Positions 27,501 to 39,000 of a DNA stretch of 55,953 nucleotides are shown piece by piece. A model generated the notes under the pieces. It saw only the letters and a list, made by a program, of their open reading frames with translations. It was not told the origin of the DNA and did not search any database. Positions within the stretch are counted from its first letter, which is position 1, and every line of letters starts with the position of its first letter. Origin of the DNA: a virus (taxonomy: Duplodnaviria > Caudoviricetes); the IMG/VR virus record IMGVR_UViG_3300009136_000007, positions 1 to 55,953 of that record; one strand, 5' to 3'. A program made the translations under genes and the position numbers.

Positions 27501-29273
27501 GGTATTGGAACTGGTGATACTAATTCACCCTATATAACAGATGCTTTCTTCCCGCTTTCACCAGAAGGAGTTTCATTGCAAAATACACTTTTAAGTAGTT
27601 TTACTGTAACAGATAACAACTCACCAACTAACGACGTAAGCTCGTTCTTTGATGTTATACAAGAAACAACTCCTGGAGCCACGTTTGGTTCGTATAGGTT
27701 TAAGTTGAACTCTAATTCTTATAATTACTTTTCTAATACTTTCGCGACAAGTGGTAGTTATAATTTCTCCATAAGCGTTAAAGACATCAATGGTGATATA
27801 GTTGCTTTACCTTTTACAGGTTCTTTAACTAACATTGACCCATATATATCTCCATTTACGCCACCTATAATTGTGCCCGCTAGTTCACCATTACCTTTAA
27901 TAACGGTAAAGCGAGTAGACGGTTCTAGTGACAGCCTACGAATAGGAGACGTTGGTACTATCGTCAATGGTTCTTTTAGAATAGATGAAGCAGTAAACCA
28001 AGTTGGTGTATTCTTTACTAGTGTACCTCCAGTGCCTGTTAGTAACATACAAAATTCCGTAACTATAAATCACGAAACAGGACTTGCTTTTAGAGGTTAT
28101 GACTGGGCTGAAGGTTATTATGATTTGGATCTAGAAGTAAAAGATGCTTTAGTTTCTTTTTCGTCTGGACAAAATGGTATAGCTTCTCAACCTACAGAGT
28201 CTAGTGGAACAGCAACTAGTATAAACTATGAACAACCTGTTAGAGTTATACCTGGTGATTGCAACTTAGATACTGGTTGCCAGTTTGATCCTGCTAGTGG
28301 AACTAGAGAGCAATCATTCCCAGTCCAGGTGCCTGGAGGAAGGGTTTTTAAAGATTATGGCTGGAGATTTGGTTCTACAACCGGAGGCGTTCCTACTGGT
28401 TTTGTTACTGAAACAGGTAATGTTTCTACTCTTTCCAATGATGGTCTTAAACAAGGTACTGTTTTATTTGATTTAATGGTAGAGGCTGAAAAGAACACCG
28501 CTAATTTAACTGGTTATTTCAAATGGAGAATATGGTATAGATCTAGCAGTTCTAACGCTTGGTCTATAAGTAACGTTATAGATACCAATGGAGTTGATCT
28601 TAATACTAGCAACGGAGAAGTAGGTAATAACAACGGTTGGATTCAACCTGGCGCAAGTAATGATTTTGCATGTGTATCTAGTTCAGCAGGTACCGTTTCA
28701 CAAATACATATACCCGTAGCTTTAATCAAAAAAGGAGAATACTTTATACAAGTTAGAGGCTACAAAGATGTAAACTCTGGATCAGTTACCACTTGGATAA
28801 ACGCTACAGATGCTAACTACCCTACATGTGTACCTGTTAAAAGTACAAATATGATAAGTGGCACTGGTAGAGATGCTGATTGGTTCCAGTACAACTTGGC
28901 TACTACTGGAAATTCAGACACTTCTATATCGTGCGCTGCATCACTAACCGACACTGTTTACGCTAGAACTCCATACTCTCACGTAATGGGTCAGCTGTTT
29001 ACAACTCTTGATTTAACTATTGGTAAAACCGATATTGAAAATTTTGGTGAAAAATACTCTTACGAGTATGCTCCGGATGTTAGTAACACGCTTGGTGCTG
29101 ATATAGCTGCTCAATACGCTGCTGAGTTTATTAGTGATATAAACAATTCTAGCACAGGTAAAACTATACGCGGTGTCGTTAAAAACATCACAGGCATAGA
29201 TAGACTTCCTTGTAATACTTCAGGAGCATATCAAGATTTAGAAGTAAAAGTGTATTACAACACTAATTACTAG
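24513..29273 (+). CDS. Tail nozzle/stabilisation (crAss muzzle-like) protein, N-terminal part with a long beta-rich extension
   Basis: MNKDLDDRL..GEYRDAQN, LLFFTDDRNQPRKIN, RFSYRFKFDDGEYS and RNYQVG..DKFGR motifs. Confidence 0.75.
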   Translation: MAEIKNTFLKSKMNKDLDDRLIPNGEYRDAQNISVGKSEDADVGALENMIGNASVTSILPYDSSCEIIGYFSDARNNRIITFVTNYTDQDPASPTYVSDFNTANPSPLKECHICVYDQNNPNYQKVVSGEFLNFSTTNKVLGVSLIENLLFFTDDRNQPRKININTAIDNTSYYTTEDTISVAKYNPYEPISLLKKVEQETTAASSGVDSLTLDDASNVEVGMIVVAKNLDQTAAISGSDFVTVGGKSGNTVTLVTQVGATTVPVQYLATVSDNANVTFLKSTMTKEDPSTGWPGDPDLLEEEYVRFSYRFKFDDGEYSIMAPFTQIAYVPKQKGYFHEGDEETAFKSTILDFMENEMNNMELLIPLPSKGVDIESEYKITSIDVLYKESDSLIVKVLESLTIGSIPSASLQTSTYSYQYQSRKPYKTLPQSEIIRVYDKVPIRALSQETTGNRVMYGNFYDRYSSPDSIDYYVGAFARNTNNFDSWVEYPNHNIKQNRNYQVGFILADKFGRQTPVILSPVDLTGLDAGTLEFKGGSTVYRPYYDGSTQPNIQQWFGDAIQVVIRNKISSGLNDKNTLSEAGLYAIQYQDPTFSGIGFSIDSASFTNSSQTQLLFTLDATYPNNASVPRVGDYLRGEYRDYVKVTSISLLAGNYTVDADGAINDSYLYKQYLLNDLKFAYTINQIGWYSYKVVVKQTEQEYYNVYSAGAMKGLPYNYDSLSVSPILDEDTSFITLLGDNINKVPRDLTEVGPQDKSFRSSIGLYGRVQNHNGNNSQFFPGRTTFNTTSIEDLFTLFDISNFTNSFNNPIPITNPLNAFHGFFKSESDPFVAEISTSKDSNLQFGANNSVSTQAGGANVNGNSVTNSITLPVDTVTGVIEIGSVITTIAGVPQTGTVDYVVVNTTGDSSPTLTLNREITLSNNDPLVFSLDTYKDIATLAVLETPPVESLLDIFWETTTTGLISDLNEDILTGSDAPVGLTSLGFIYKENQNPNGTGIGTGDTNSPYITDAFFPLSPEGVSLQNTLLSSFTVTDNNSPTNDVSSFFDVIQETTPGATFGSYRFKLNSNSYNYFSNTFATSGSYNFSISVKDINGDIVALPFTGSLTNIDPYISPFTPPIIVPASSPLPLITVKRVDGSSDSLRIGDVGTIVNGSFRIDEAVNQVGVFFTSVPPVPVSNIQNSVTINHETGLAFRGYDWAEGYYDLDLEVKDALVSFSSGQNGIASQPTESSGTATSINYEQPVRVIPGDCNLDTGCQFDPASGTREQSFPVQVPGGRVFKDYGWRFGSTTGGVPTGFVTETGNVSTLSNDGLKQGTVLFDLMVEAEKNTANLTGYFKWRIWYRSSSSNAWSISNVIDTNGVDLNTSNGEVGNNNGWIQPGASNDFACVSSSAGTVSQIHIPVALIKKGEYFIQVRGYKDVNSGSVTTWINATDANYPTCVPVKSTNMISGTGRDADWFQYNLATTGNSDTSISCAASLTDTVYARTPYSHVMGQLFTTLDLTIGKTDIENFGEKYSYEYAPDVSNTLGADIAAQYAAEFISDINNSSTGKTIRGVVKNITGIDRLPCNTSGAYQDLEVKVYYNTNY

Positions 29274-29274
29274 T

Positions 29275-29303
29275 GTAATATATTAATAAAATAAGTGATA
29301 ATA
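29275..29303 (+). promoter_or_regulatory. Putative late promoter, class L
   Basis: GTAA-N16-GTGATAATA occupies the 35-bp intergenic gap. Confidence 0.6.
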
Positions 29304-29308
29304 AGAAT

Positions 29309-30652
29309 ATGTCAGCAACTTTAGAAGTAAAATATTTTAACTCTTTCTGGATAAAGAAGATTAAATCAATAGTCGATGCTGGTAACAACCTAGTAGAAGA
29401 CTTAGTTCCAGGCGCTTACGCAGCAAGCACAGCTACACCTAGCGAAGATTGGTATATTGAAGAATCTAGAATAAGAGGTGGTTACAATAATACCTCTGTT
29501 GACTTTGGTATAAAAGCCTACTTAGTTGAAGAAGAGACGAAACAACAACATAGATTTAACTCTATAATATATTCTGACATATTTAATTCTAGAACAGGAA
29601 TTAATAGAACTAACGTATTCTCTGTAGGTCAAGACATAACTAAATCAGCAGATCCAGCTAACGGTAGTATTCAAAAATTATACGCTGAAGATACTAATTT
29701 AATTTTACTACAAGAAGACAAAGTTAGTAGAGCGTTAATAGATAAAGACGCTATTTACTCTGCTGAAGGAAATGCGGCTATAACATCTTCAACTCAGGTT
29801 GTGGGTCAAATAGTACCTTACGCTGGTAACTATGGTATCAGTACTAACCCAGAGAGCTTTGCTGTCTATGGTTATAGAAAATACTTTACAGATAGAAAAC
29901 GTAACGCTGTTTTAAGGCTATCTATGGACGGTTTGACTGAGATATCTTCTTATGGTATGCAAGATTTTTTTAGAGATGAATTAGGTTCTCTAAACGCTTC
30001 AGATGATATAATTGGAGGTTGGGATATACATAGTAAAAACTATACGGTATCTATACAACAAAATGGAACTTACAAAACTTTAACATTTGACGACAGTGTT
30101 AACGGTTGGACTAGTTTTTTAAGTTTTAAACCTGGTTTTATATTTAGCTTAAATACTTCTTTGTATTCTACTCACGATGGTAAAATATGGCAACATTATA
30201 CTTTTGAAGACAACTCTACTGAAAGAGGTAAGTTTTACGGTGTTTCTAATAACTCAACTGTAACGTTTGTTTTCAATGCTAATCAATCATTAATCAAAAA
30301 CTTTAAAACTATAAACTACGAGGGCGGCAACGATTGGGAGATGCTATCAATGCAAACGTCAACTGACTCTGCTCTACCTATAACTAAAGCTATAAATATA
30401 CTCACTCAAGCTAGTAACTTAATAGATTTACAAAACCAACTATTACAGAATAACTTTAAAGCAAAAGAAAACAAATACTTTGCTAACTTAATAAACAATA
30501 CAATTTCACAACCCGGTGAGGTTCTTTGGGGTCAAGACGCTTCTGGTATCAAAGGTTTCTTTGCTACTGTACAAATGAGTGTTGATAATACCTTGGGTGG
30601 TAAAAAAGAATTATTCGCAGTCTCTACTAATTACGTAGAGTCATCGTACTAA
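29309..30652 (+). CDS. Tail nozzle/stabilisation protein, C-terminal beta-propeller part
   Basis: YGISTNPESFA..YFTD...VLRLSMDGLTEIS..GM propeller motifs; KNFKTINYEG. Confidence 0.75.
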   Translation: MSATLEVKYFNSFWIKKIKSIVDAGNNLVEDLVPGAYAASTATPSEDWYIEESRIRGGYNNTSVDFGIKAYLVEEETKQQHRFNSIIYSDIFNSRTGINRTNVFSVGQDITKSADPANGSIQKLYAEDTNLILLQEDKVSRALIDKDAIYSAEGNAAITSSTQVVGQIVPYAGNYGISTNPESFAVYGYRKYFTDRKRNAVLRLSMDGLTEISSYGMQDFFRDELGSLNASDDIIGGWDIHSKNYTVSIQQNGTYKTLTFDDSVNGWTSFLSFKPGFIFSLNTSLYSTHDGKIWQHYTFEDNSTERGKFYGVSNNSTVTFVFNANQSLIKNFKTINYEGGNDWEMLSMQTSTDSALPITKAINILTQASNLIDLQNQLLQNNFKAKENKYFANLINNTISQPGEVLWGQDASGIKGFFATVQMSVDNTLGGKKELFAVSTNYVESSY

Positions 30653-30669
30653 TATAAAAAAATAAAAAA

Positions 30670-31497
30670 ATGACAGACGTTTTAATCGCACAACTTCCCG
30701 AAGCAGGAGAGTATGTACAAGGTTGGCTTGGAGCAGCTATAGGTATTGGAGGTAGTTTAATTAGCGGTATCTTTGGAGCTAGTAAAGCTAAAAGTCAAGC
30801 TAGAGCAGCAGCTAAAGAAAAAAGAAGACTATCAAGAGAGTTATCTAACTTGGAAGCGAACAGACAACCAGTAATAAATCCATATGAAGACGTGCAAAGT
30901 GTGGCTGGATTAGCTCAAGACTTAAGCGGTAACATGACAAATCCAATGGCTAACTTAGGAGTTGCTACTCAAGCTGCAGAGATGCAAGCTGAAGAAGCTG
31001 ATATGGCTCTAGCTAATACTTTAGATACTATTAGAGCTACTGGATCAGGTGCTGGTGGTGCAACCGCTCTAGCTCAAGCAGCTTTACAAAGCAAGAAAGG
31101 TGTTTCCGCTAGTATTGAAGCTCAAGAGGCAAACAATGAAAAACTAAGAGCTCAAGGTCAACAAGACCTAGAGAGAAGAAAAATGGCTGAACAGCAAAGA
31201 ATTCAAGGTATTGAAATGTCTGAGGCTCAACGACTACAACAAGCTGACGTGTCTGGTAAACAATTCGTTTATGGTGAAACAGAAGCAAGAGAACTAACAG
31301 CTTTAGATAGAAAACAAACTGAGTTAGAAGGTGCTCAAGCTAGAGAGATGGCGGCTAACCAAGCTAGAACAAGTGCTATAACTGGAGCTATTGGTGGAGT
31401 TGCTAAAGGAATTGGAGGTATGGCTAACGCTGGTGCCTTTGGGTCTAAAGTCATGGGTAGAACCTACAAAGAGCAAGTTGAATATGAAAACAGATAA
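30670..31497 (+). CDS. Ejection/DNA pilot protein
   Basis: Gly/Ala-rich hydrophobic helices at both ends with a Q/A-rich coiled-coil core. Confidence 0.7.
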   Translation: MTDVLIAQLPEAGEYVQGWLGAAIGIGGSLISGIFGASKAKSQARAAAKEKRRLSRELSNLEANRQPVINPYEDVQSVAGLAQDLSGNMTNPMANLGVATQAAEMQAEEADMALANTLDTIRATGSGAGGATALAQAALQSKKGVSASIEAQEANNEKLRAQGQQDLERRKMAEQQRIQGIEMSEAQRLQQADVSGKQFVYGETEARELTALDRKQTELEGAQAREMAANQARTSAITGAIGGVAKGIGGMANAGAFGSKVMGRTYKEQVEYENR

Positions 31498-31507
31498 AAA
31501 TACATAG

Positions 31508-33049
31508 ATGAGTTATAGAAATCCAAAACAATTCGTAGACACAGAAACGTCTAAGTACTATAGTAATCTTCAAAAAACTTTTTCTGGTATTACTGATGAC
31601 TACGTTAAACAGTTGAACGCTAGAAGAGCTGCAGAAGCTAAACGTTTAGCAAAAGCAGCTGAAGAAAACAAGAAACTTATAATAGCTCGTAACAAATACG
31701 AAAACGAAACAGGCGAAGACATTAATGGAGCCATAGCTATAAGACCTGACCTATATGATGATGCTGTTAAGAAAAAAATGAGAGGATCAATAGATATTGC
31801 TGCTGATATATCTACAGACATATTTGCTTCTCAAGAGGATAAAACATATCTGCAAAACACAAATGGTCTTAACGAGGTTATGATAAGAGATCAAACTAAT
31901 TTAGCATCATATAAAGAAGAGTTTGAAGAAGCTTCAAGTAAACAAGGCCAAATGGGTGGTTACTCGGTATATAATGATCCTAATCAAACAGCATTTGTTT
32001 CAGCTGTATTAGGAGGTGGTTTAAAAGGTAAAAGTTCTTTTGACTATGATTTGACTAAACCTGGAGGTGCTGAGACTATGTATACATGGACAGGAGAAGG
32101 ATCTAGCGAAGGATATTCATTATCCGGTAGCATGATAGCTGAAATAGCTGCGAATCCAGACAGAGATTTGCTTATTAGAGTTCCAAATGAGGCTGAAAGC
32201 ATGGAACAAACTATAAATATTTTTGGTAGACAAACCGACGAGAAAGGTGACCCAACTGCCGGTGTACAAGAAGATCTTTATGTTGGTCAAAAAGAAAAAG
32301 TTAGAATTATTAGAGATGGAAACAAAGTAATCAAGCAATATTACGAAGAGCCTAATATGGCATTGCTAGGTGATAAAATAAGACAAAAAGTTGTTGCCAG
32401 CGTTGAAGCTTTAAGCTCTAATAAAGACCTTGTTTCTAACGAACAAATAGCTTTGTACAATTGGTTCCAAGACCAGAAACCAGAGGATAAAAACAACCCA
32501 CCAGATTTACGTGGTTTTAATGAATTCAATGAATCTACTCAAGAAGATAGAGATAAGTTTCTAGATCTTTTATCTACTGAGTATTCAACTTACGCTATGA
32601 AGAAGTACTTTACTGGAAACACAGAGCGCACAACAGGCACAGAAGAGGTTGTAGAACCTAAAGAAGAAAAGTTAACAGAAGGCGCAATAAAAAGAAAAAT
32701 AGCAAACGAAACTGCAAAAACCGTTCTTAACGATATGTTTGAAAGTCCTAAGTCTTATTTTAAAGACAGAAGAATAAACGGTAAGAAAGTATCAGACGTA
32801 AGAATTTTACCTTCTACAATAGGTGAAGGTGGTGAAAAAGAAGGTCGTATACTTGAAATTGGCTATGAATCAGGTACTAGTACTAAGGGAGGAGAAAGAA
32901 CTATATTTACAGATGAAATGACTTTTGACCTAGATGATCCTGTTAGAGTTAGAACCCTTATAGATATGTTACCAGAAGGCGATGCTCTTAAAACAGCTTT
33001 AAAGAAATTAACAGTTAACACAGGTAATCTACCAATAACAAAAAAATAA
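31508..33049 (+). CDS. Internal virion/ejection protein
   Basis: Lies between the pilot protein and the giant protein; MSYRNP N-terminus and coiled coil. Confidence 0.6.
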   Translation: MSYRNPKQFVDTETSKYYSNLQKTFSGITDDYVKQLNARRAAEAKRLAKAAEENKKLIIARNKYENETGEDINGAIAIRPDLYDDAVKKKMRGSIDIAADISTDIFASQEDKTYLQNTNGLNEVMIRDQTNLASYKEEFEEASSKQGQMGGYSVYNDPNQTAFVSAVLGGGLKGKSSFDYDLTKPGGAETMYTWTGEGSSEGYSLSGSMIAEIAANPDRDLLIRVPNEAESMEQTINIFGRQTDEKGDPTAGVQEDLYVGQKEKVRIIRDGNKVIKQYYEEPNMALLGDKIRQKVVASVEALSSNKDLVSNEQIALYNWFQDQKPEDKNNPPDLRGFNEFNESTQEDRDKFLDLLSTEYSTYAMKKYFTGNTERTTGTEEVVEPKEEKLTEGAIKRKIANETAKTVLNDMFESPKSYFKDRRINGKKVSDVRILPSTIGEGGEKEGRILEIGYESGTSTKGGERTIFTDEMTFDLDDPVRVRTLIDMLPEGDALKTALKKLTVNTGNLPITKK

Positions 33050-33056
33050 TTAAATT

Positions 33057-36000
33057 ATGTTTGAATTAGAAGGTGAACAATACTCATTAGAGCAAGTAAC
33101 TTCAGCTGCAGATCAATCTAATATGCCTCTTGAAGATTATTTAAAAAAATATAATATTAAAGAGCTAGAGGAAACTGTAGAAACGGTGGAAAAGCCAAAA
33201 GATGTTGTGGAAAAGGATGCAACTGTAACATCGATAGAACCGGAGCAAGCATCCGAGAGTACGGAATTAGAGCAGGTAGATACTTCTTTGGTATCAGAAG
33301 ATCCTGAACCAGTTGTAAGAAGAGGTAGAGCTCAAGTAAGGCAAAAAGAACTCGCTAATAGAAAACAAGCAATAGAGCAAAAAAAGCGTGATGACTTAAT
33401 CGCAGCCGGTATAAAAGCTGAACAATACGAGGAAGCTAAAAAGAACGTAGATGAAACGTTAACTGATGCTGGCTCTAGTATATGGAGCTACTCCCCTGAG
33501 AATATTTCAAATTTATATTCTAAAACAACTGGAGAAGCTCTTGATTACCAAGCTATAGAAAGCATATCTCCAATAGGCTCCTCAATGTCTTATACAGGTG
33601 TTTTTAAGCCTTATGGTAGCTTTTTAACTGGTGGGTTTAGTTACTCTGACTTTGCTGATAACGAAAAAATAAAAGGCATATCTATATCTGAGTTGCAAAA
33701 GGCAGATCAAGCTAACGCTGCTTCTAGTGCTTTAGAAAGTATTTTTGAAGAACATGGAGACAAGTCTGATGAATTTGTTTTAAGTCAAGGACAAGTTATT
33801 TTAAAAGGAAAAGACAAAAAACTTCAAGAACTATACTCTTCTTTAAGAACTTCAAAACCAGAGAACAAGCAACAAATAATAAATGAAATAAAAAAAGTGA
33901 GAGAAGACAACTCGCAAGAGTTGTTTGATATAAATACTGGTAATTTAACTAAGTATGATAAACTGCCTGAAGAGTCTAAAAAACAGTATGACAATATAGT
34001 TGAAAAAGCAGAAGAAAAAGCTTCAACAACAGAAATAGATCAACTAAACAAAGAGCTAACAAATTCTTACTCAAATTTAGTAGGTATATCAAAAAGAATA
34101 TCTAGTTTTATAGATGAAAACGGAGAAGATGAGATAACTAAAAAATCACAAACGACGCCACAGTATTTAGTTAGCGCCGTTAAAGATTTTTTTGGATCTG
34201 AGGAAACTACATATGGAGACTTAAGCAGGGTTCAAGAGATATCTAGAACAGGTGTTCTACCAGAAAACGTAAGTAAAATAAGTGGCGAACATCCATTAGC
34301 TAAAGCGTATAATAAAGCCTTAGAAGAATACGCTATATTAAACAGAGCTGTACAAACAAACACTGATCCGCTTTCAGAAAAACAAGAAGGTTTTTGGGAG
34401 TCAGCTGGAGATGTTTTACTAGAAAAAATAGATATGACTGGTGGTGTTGCGGCGCCTAAGGTAAAAGCCACCGCTAATCAAATATTTGTTGAATCAGTTG
34501 AAAAGGCTGGTTTAGGTAGAATAAATCAAGAAGAGGTTGACGAAGCAGTTTCTCAGAACTGGAAAAGCGTAGTTGGTGGTGGAGCTGTAGATTTAACACT
34601 TTTTGTGGGTGAGGTAGCGTTATTCAAAGGCGGTACAGCTAACAAGATAAGTAAAGGTTTTAAGTACATAGAAAAAACATTTAAAGCTAGTGAAGCTGCA
34701 AAGTCTAGTAAGTTGCTTAGAAAAGCTGGGGACTTTGTTATAAAAGGTATGGATGAAGCTGCTGTTTTTACTGGTCTTGAATCAACGAAAACAAGTCTTG
34801 GCTTGTCCCAACAATCAACTAGAGAACAAGAATGGGCTACGGCTACTTTTGGTTTCGCTTTGGGTGGAGGTAACTCTTTAGGTTCAAGCATTCTTAGAGC
34901 CTTACCAGCTAAAACAATATTTTCACCTATAACAGCTCAATTATCTAAATCAGATCTAGCTAGAAGCGCCGGTAATAGGTTTGTCAACGCTAATGCCGGA
35001 GCGTTTTCTTTTGAGTTTGCTAGAGCTGCAACCGCTGCTTTAGGCGAAGACGAAGAAGGTTATTACGATAGAAACCCAGAAGAGTTTATTAAAGAGTATC
35101 TGGCTGAAGTAGCTAAAATGAGCTTGCTTGGAGCTAAATCTATATTTCACAAGAATGGTGTATATAGAGCCGCCCAAAGAGACATGCGTTTGTTAAACTT
35201 AAACCCTACGTATGTAAATAGAGCTGCTAAAAGAACCGGTATAGATTCTTCATCAATTAAAAAACCTGGTGAAGACACTATAGATCAAATAGACGCTGCT
35301 AGAGCTGACAAAATGTCTGATATAGATGCTAAGCTGAAAACACAGCAAATAACAGGAGAGCAAGCTAAAAAAGAGATAGAAGACGTTAATAAAGACTACA
35401 ATATATTAGAAGCGGAGGTCGAACTAAATTTAGCTAAAAAAAGGTTTGATGCTGAAAGTAAGAGCGCTTTAAAACCAACTGATGAAAGTGTAAGAATACT
35501 TATTCAGAAAATGAAAAAAGGTGATAAATTCAACGATAAAGATAACAACGCTTTAGTTAATACCCCTCTACCTATAATCTACGATAGAATGGGAATAGAC
35601 TCATCTAGTAAAAGTTTAGAAAATAGATGGAATAGAGAGTTTGCTATTGAAGACGTAATGAATAACAATACAGACTTCAAAGCGCCTTATGAGTCAAAAG
35701 AAAGAGCAGATTCTTATAAATTTCTCGATGAAATTTTTGAAATTGGAGGTCAAATACAGCTACTTAAAAAGACGAAAGACAGAAACGAAGCACAAGAAAA
35801 AGAGCTGCAACAGCTTGAAAAAGATTACAAAGTATATGAGCCAGGTGGTTATAAATATGACAAGCTTCAGGACAAGCTAGATCAACTATACTTAAAACAA
35901 AGGTTAGCAAGTAAAGCTCAAGCTGAAGACGTTTTAGGTGCTACGCAGGAAGGTGAATCAGTTTCTGTTAGATCTGCTGAGGATTTCCAGAAGAAGTATG

Positions 36001-39000
36001 AATCTATAAATAAAGACGGGCAAGATGTTAGATCTAGTGATGGTTTTTACGACGCTAAAAATAAAATTTTCTATGTAAACGAACAAGTTGTCGCAGCTAC
36101 TAGAAACACAACCGTTGAAAAACACGAGGTTGGTCATTTTGTATTAAGAGACTCTTTGAAAGATAAAACTGGTAAAGTCACAGATAAAGGTATAAAGGTT
36201 ATAGACGAAGTCTTAAGTGAACTAACTCCTAAGCAAAGAGAAACTGTACAAAAACGTATTGACGATTTTTATAGATATGACGAAAAAGAGATTAACTCTC
36301 TTAGATCTAAACTAAAATCAGCACTTACCGAAGGAAACGCTGAAGAAGCAGAAAGTATAGTTGAAGAAATTGAAAAACTAGAATCTAAACCAAAGAAGGA
36401 AAAAAATAAAAAAGATTACTACGAAGAGTATCTTACTGTGCTATCGGACGCTATAAACGAAAAACAAATAGTATTTAAAGAAAACGTAGGTAACGCTTTT
36501 GAAAAGTTTGTTCCTTTTCTTAGAAAAAGGATGCCAGAACTAGAACTAAATGCTGATACTGGTAAAAATCTATTCGAGCTAATTAAAAGTTATTCTAAAG
36601 GCGAAAAACCTGGTATAGAAGCAGCTAAACAAATGTCTATAGCGGCAGAAGGTAAAGACACTAGCGGTCAAAAAGTTAGTAAATCTACATCTGTAGATTC
36701 TATAGAAAGAAAGTTAGAAGAGCTAGAAGATAAGTATTTTGATCAAGAAATAGATGAGTACCAGTTTGAGCAACAAAGAGATAAACTAGAAAAAGATCTT
36801 GTTAAAGCTGAAGAAGCTACTAAACTAGCTAAAGAAGTTAAGGCTGAGCTAGTAGAAACAGAAACTAAACCAGTAGAGAAAGCTGAAAATGTAGAAAAAG
36901 TAGTAAAAGAGGCTACCACAAAAGTTTTTGAAGCTAAAGAAGTTTCTGACAAAAATAAACAAATAGCAAGAACTAACGATGACATCGTTCAAGAGATGGC
37001 TGATTTGGGAGCTAATAGAATATCAGAAATAAAAGACCCTAAAGCTAAAAAAGCTATAGTTGACAAGTTAGGTGAAAACAATATTGGAGCTGTCACTGAG
37101 CTAGCTAAAAAAGCAGCTGCAACCAGTAGAGATCTACCTATAGACGATAACTTAAAAGTTAACTACGAAGAATTCTTTTTAGGTTTTAGTGAAGAGTTGT
37201 CTGCGCTTATAAACTCCTACAAAGCTAACGTTGACGGCAAGAAAGTTCCTTTTGGAGCTTATATGAACCAAAACCTTAGACTTAGATACGGTAGTATATT
37301 AAACAGGTCTCTAAAAGGTAAGCTTAAAGGTTCTGAAAGCTTGTCTAGCGATAAGAACATAAAAAAAGAGGTTGGATCATTTGTTGAAGAGTCTTCAAGT
37401 GAATCCACTGGTAGAGACGAAGGTAGAGTACTAGAGCAGATAGACGTCAGAAAGTTTGGACCAGCTAAAGATAAAGTTAACGAGATATCTGACATAGTCA
37501 CAGTTGAAGAAGGAAAGAGACCTACATACAAAGAGTTAACTGAGGAGTTTATAGAACCAGTGTCTGTAGAGTTATTCGACGTGCCTGGTAGAAAAATACA
37601 AGGTAAAGCTACTTTAACTGACACTGAAGCTAAGTCTTTGCAAAGATTATTTGTTAGTCCTGACAACGTTAGAAAACTTATAAAAACAATGCCTCCTTAC
37701 AACGTAGCAGGTAGTGAAACTACCATTGGCGAACGAGCAGAGAGTATTGATGTTTCTAAAGACACTAAAGGTAAGTCTATAGGTTTATCCAACAAGTTTA
37801 TAAAACAGTTCTATCAACCAGTCACTAGAGCTATACCTGGTGTCTCTAGCCCGAAAGGTAGAAGTTTAGGTGCTACGAGTCAAGGGCAAGTATACGAGCT
37901 TAAACCAGAGTTTAGAGGTAGAGTATCTAACGAAGCTGTAAAGCAAATTCAGAACAGCGTAGGTGTAACAGAAGCTGGTGTACCTAACGAAAAAATATCC
38001 GCAGCTAACAGAACCAAGTACGGCACCACTTTAACAGGTTTTGCTAAGACTTATATAGCTAATGTCATAAATGTGACAGGTAGATCTAAACAAACTAGCA
38101 AGCAAGAACAAGCAGATACTGGCGCTGGTAAAGCTAGTATTATGTTTAGTAAAACTGCTGAATCAAATGAAGAGTTTTCTAAAAAGTTTAAGTCTAAAGA
38201 AGTTAAGAAACTAGTCGAAGGTAAGTTTGAAAATCTTATAGCAAAAGCAAAGCTACCAGATACAGTAGCGCAGGAGATTAAAAACTTGATAAAAAGTGAG
38301 GATTTAAAACCTATAGAAATGTTTCAGGTTGTTTCAGATATAGCTTCACGGGACTTAAGTTTTACTGCTAAAAGAAGTTTTCAAGAAGGATTAATAACTG
38401 ATTTAATTAAAGCTGAAGGAGGAGACTTTGGATCTGTTCTAGTTCAAAACTTAGGACAAGTTAGAAGAATATTTAAAAAAGAATACGAAGCTATAGGCTT
38501 TGGTACAGAAGTATCACAATTAAAAAAGTCCATAAAAGGTGATAATAAAGAGGTTAGAGACGCTAAAGTTCTTGACTGGTTATTATCGGTATCTAGATCT
38601 GTTAGATCAAGTAGTAATAAGAGTTTATTATACGTTTCTACCAATAAAAAATTATTCGACGCAGAATTGAAAGGTATTCTTGGAAAAGATTCTGACTTTG
38701 AAGCGGTTCAAAAAAAGTTACCTTCTGGAAAAGTAGTATCTTTTATAAAATATAAAGGAAAAGGATTAGAGGGTTTTCAAGATATTACTGAATTAAAATC
38801 TAAAGGTTTTAGAGTTTATGGCGAAAAAGTTTCTGAGCAAGCTGATAAAGCTAGAGAACTTGCTTTAAACAAAATAGATTCACTTAAAGAAAGACTTAAT
38901 AAAAAAGAGATAACTAAGGGTCAGTATGATTCTATGGTTGACTCTTACTTGAGTTTAGTAAGTTTGGATCAAAAAGGTTTAATAAGAAAGATGTCTAAGC

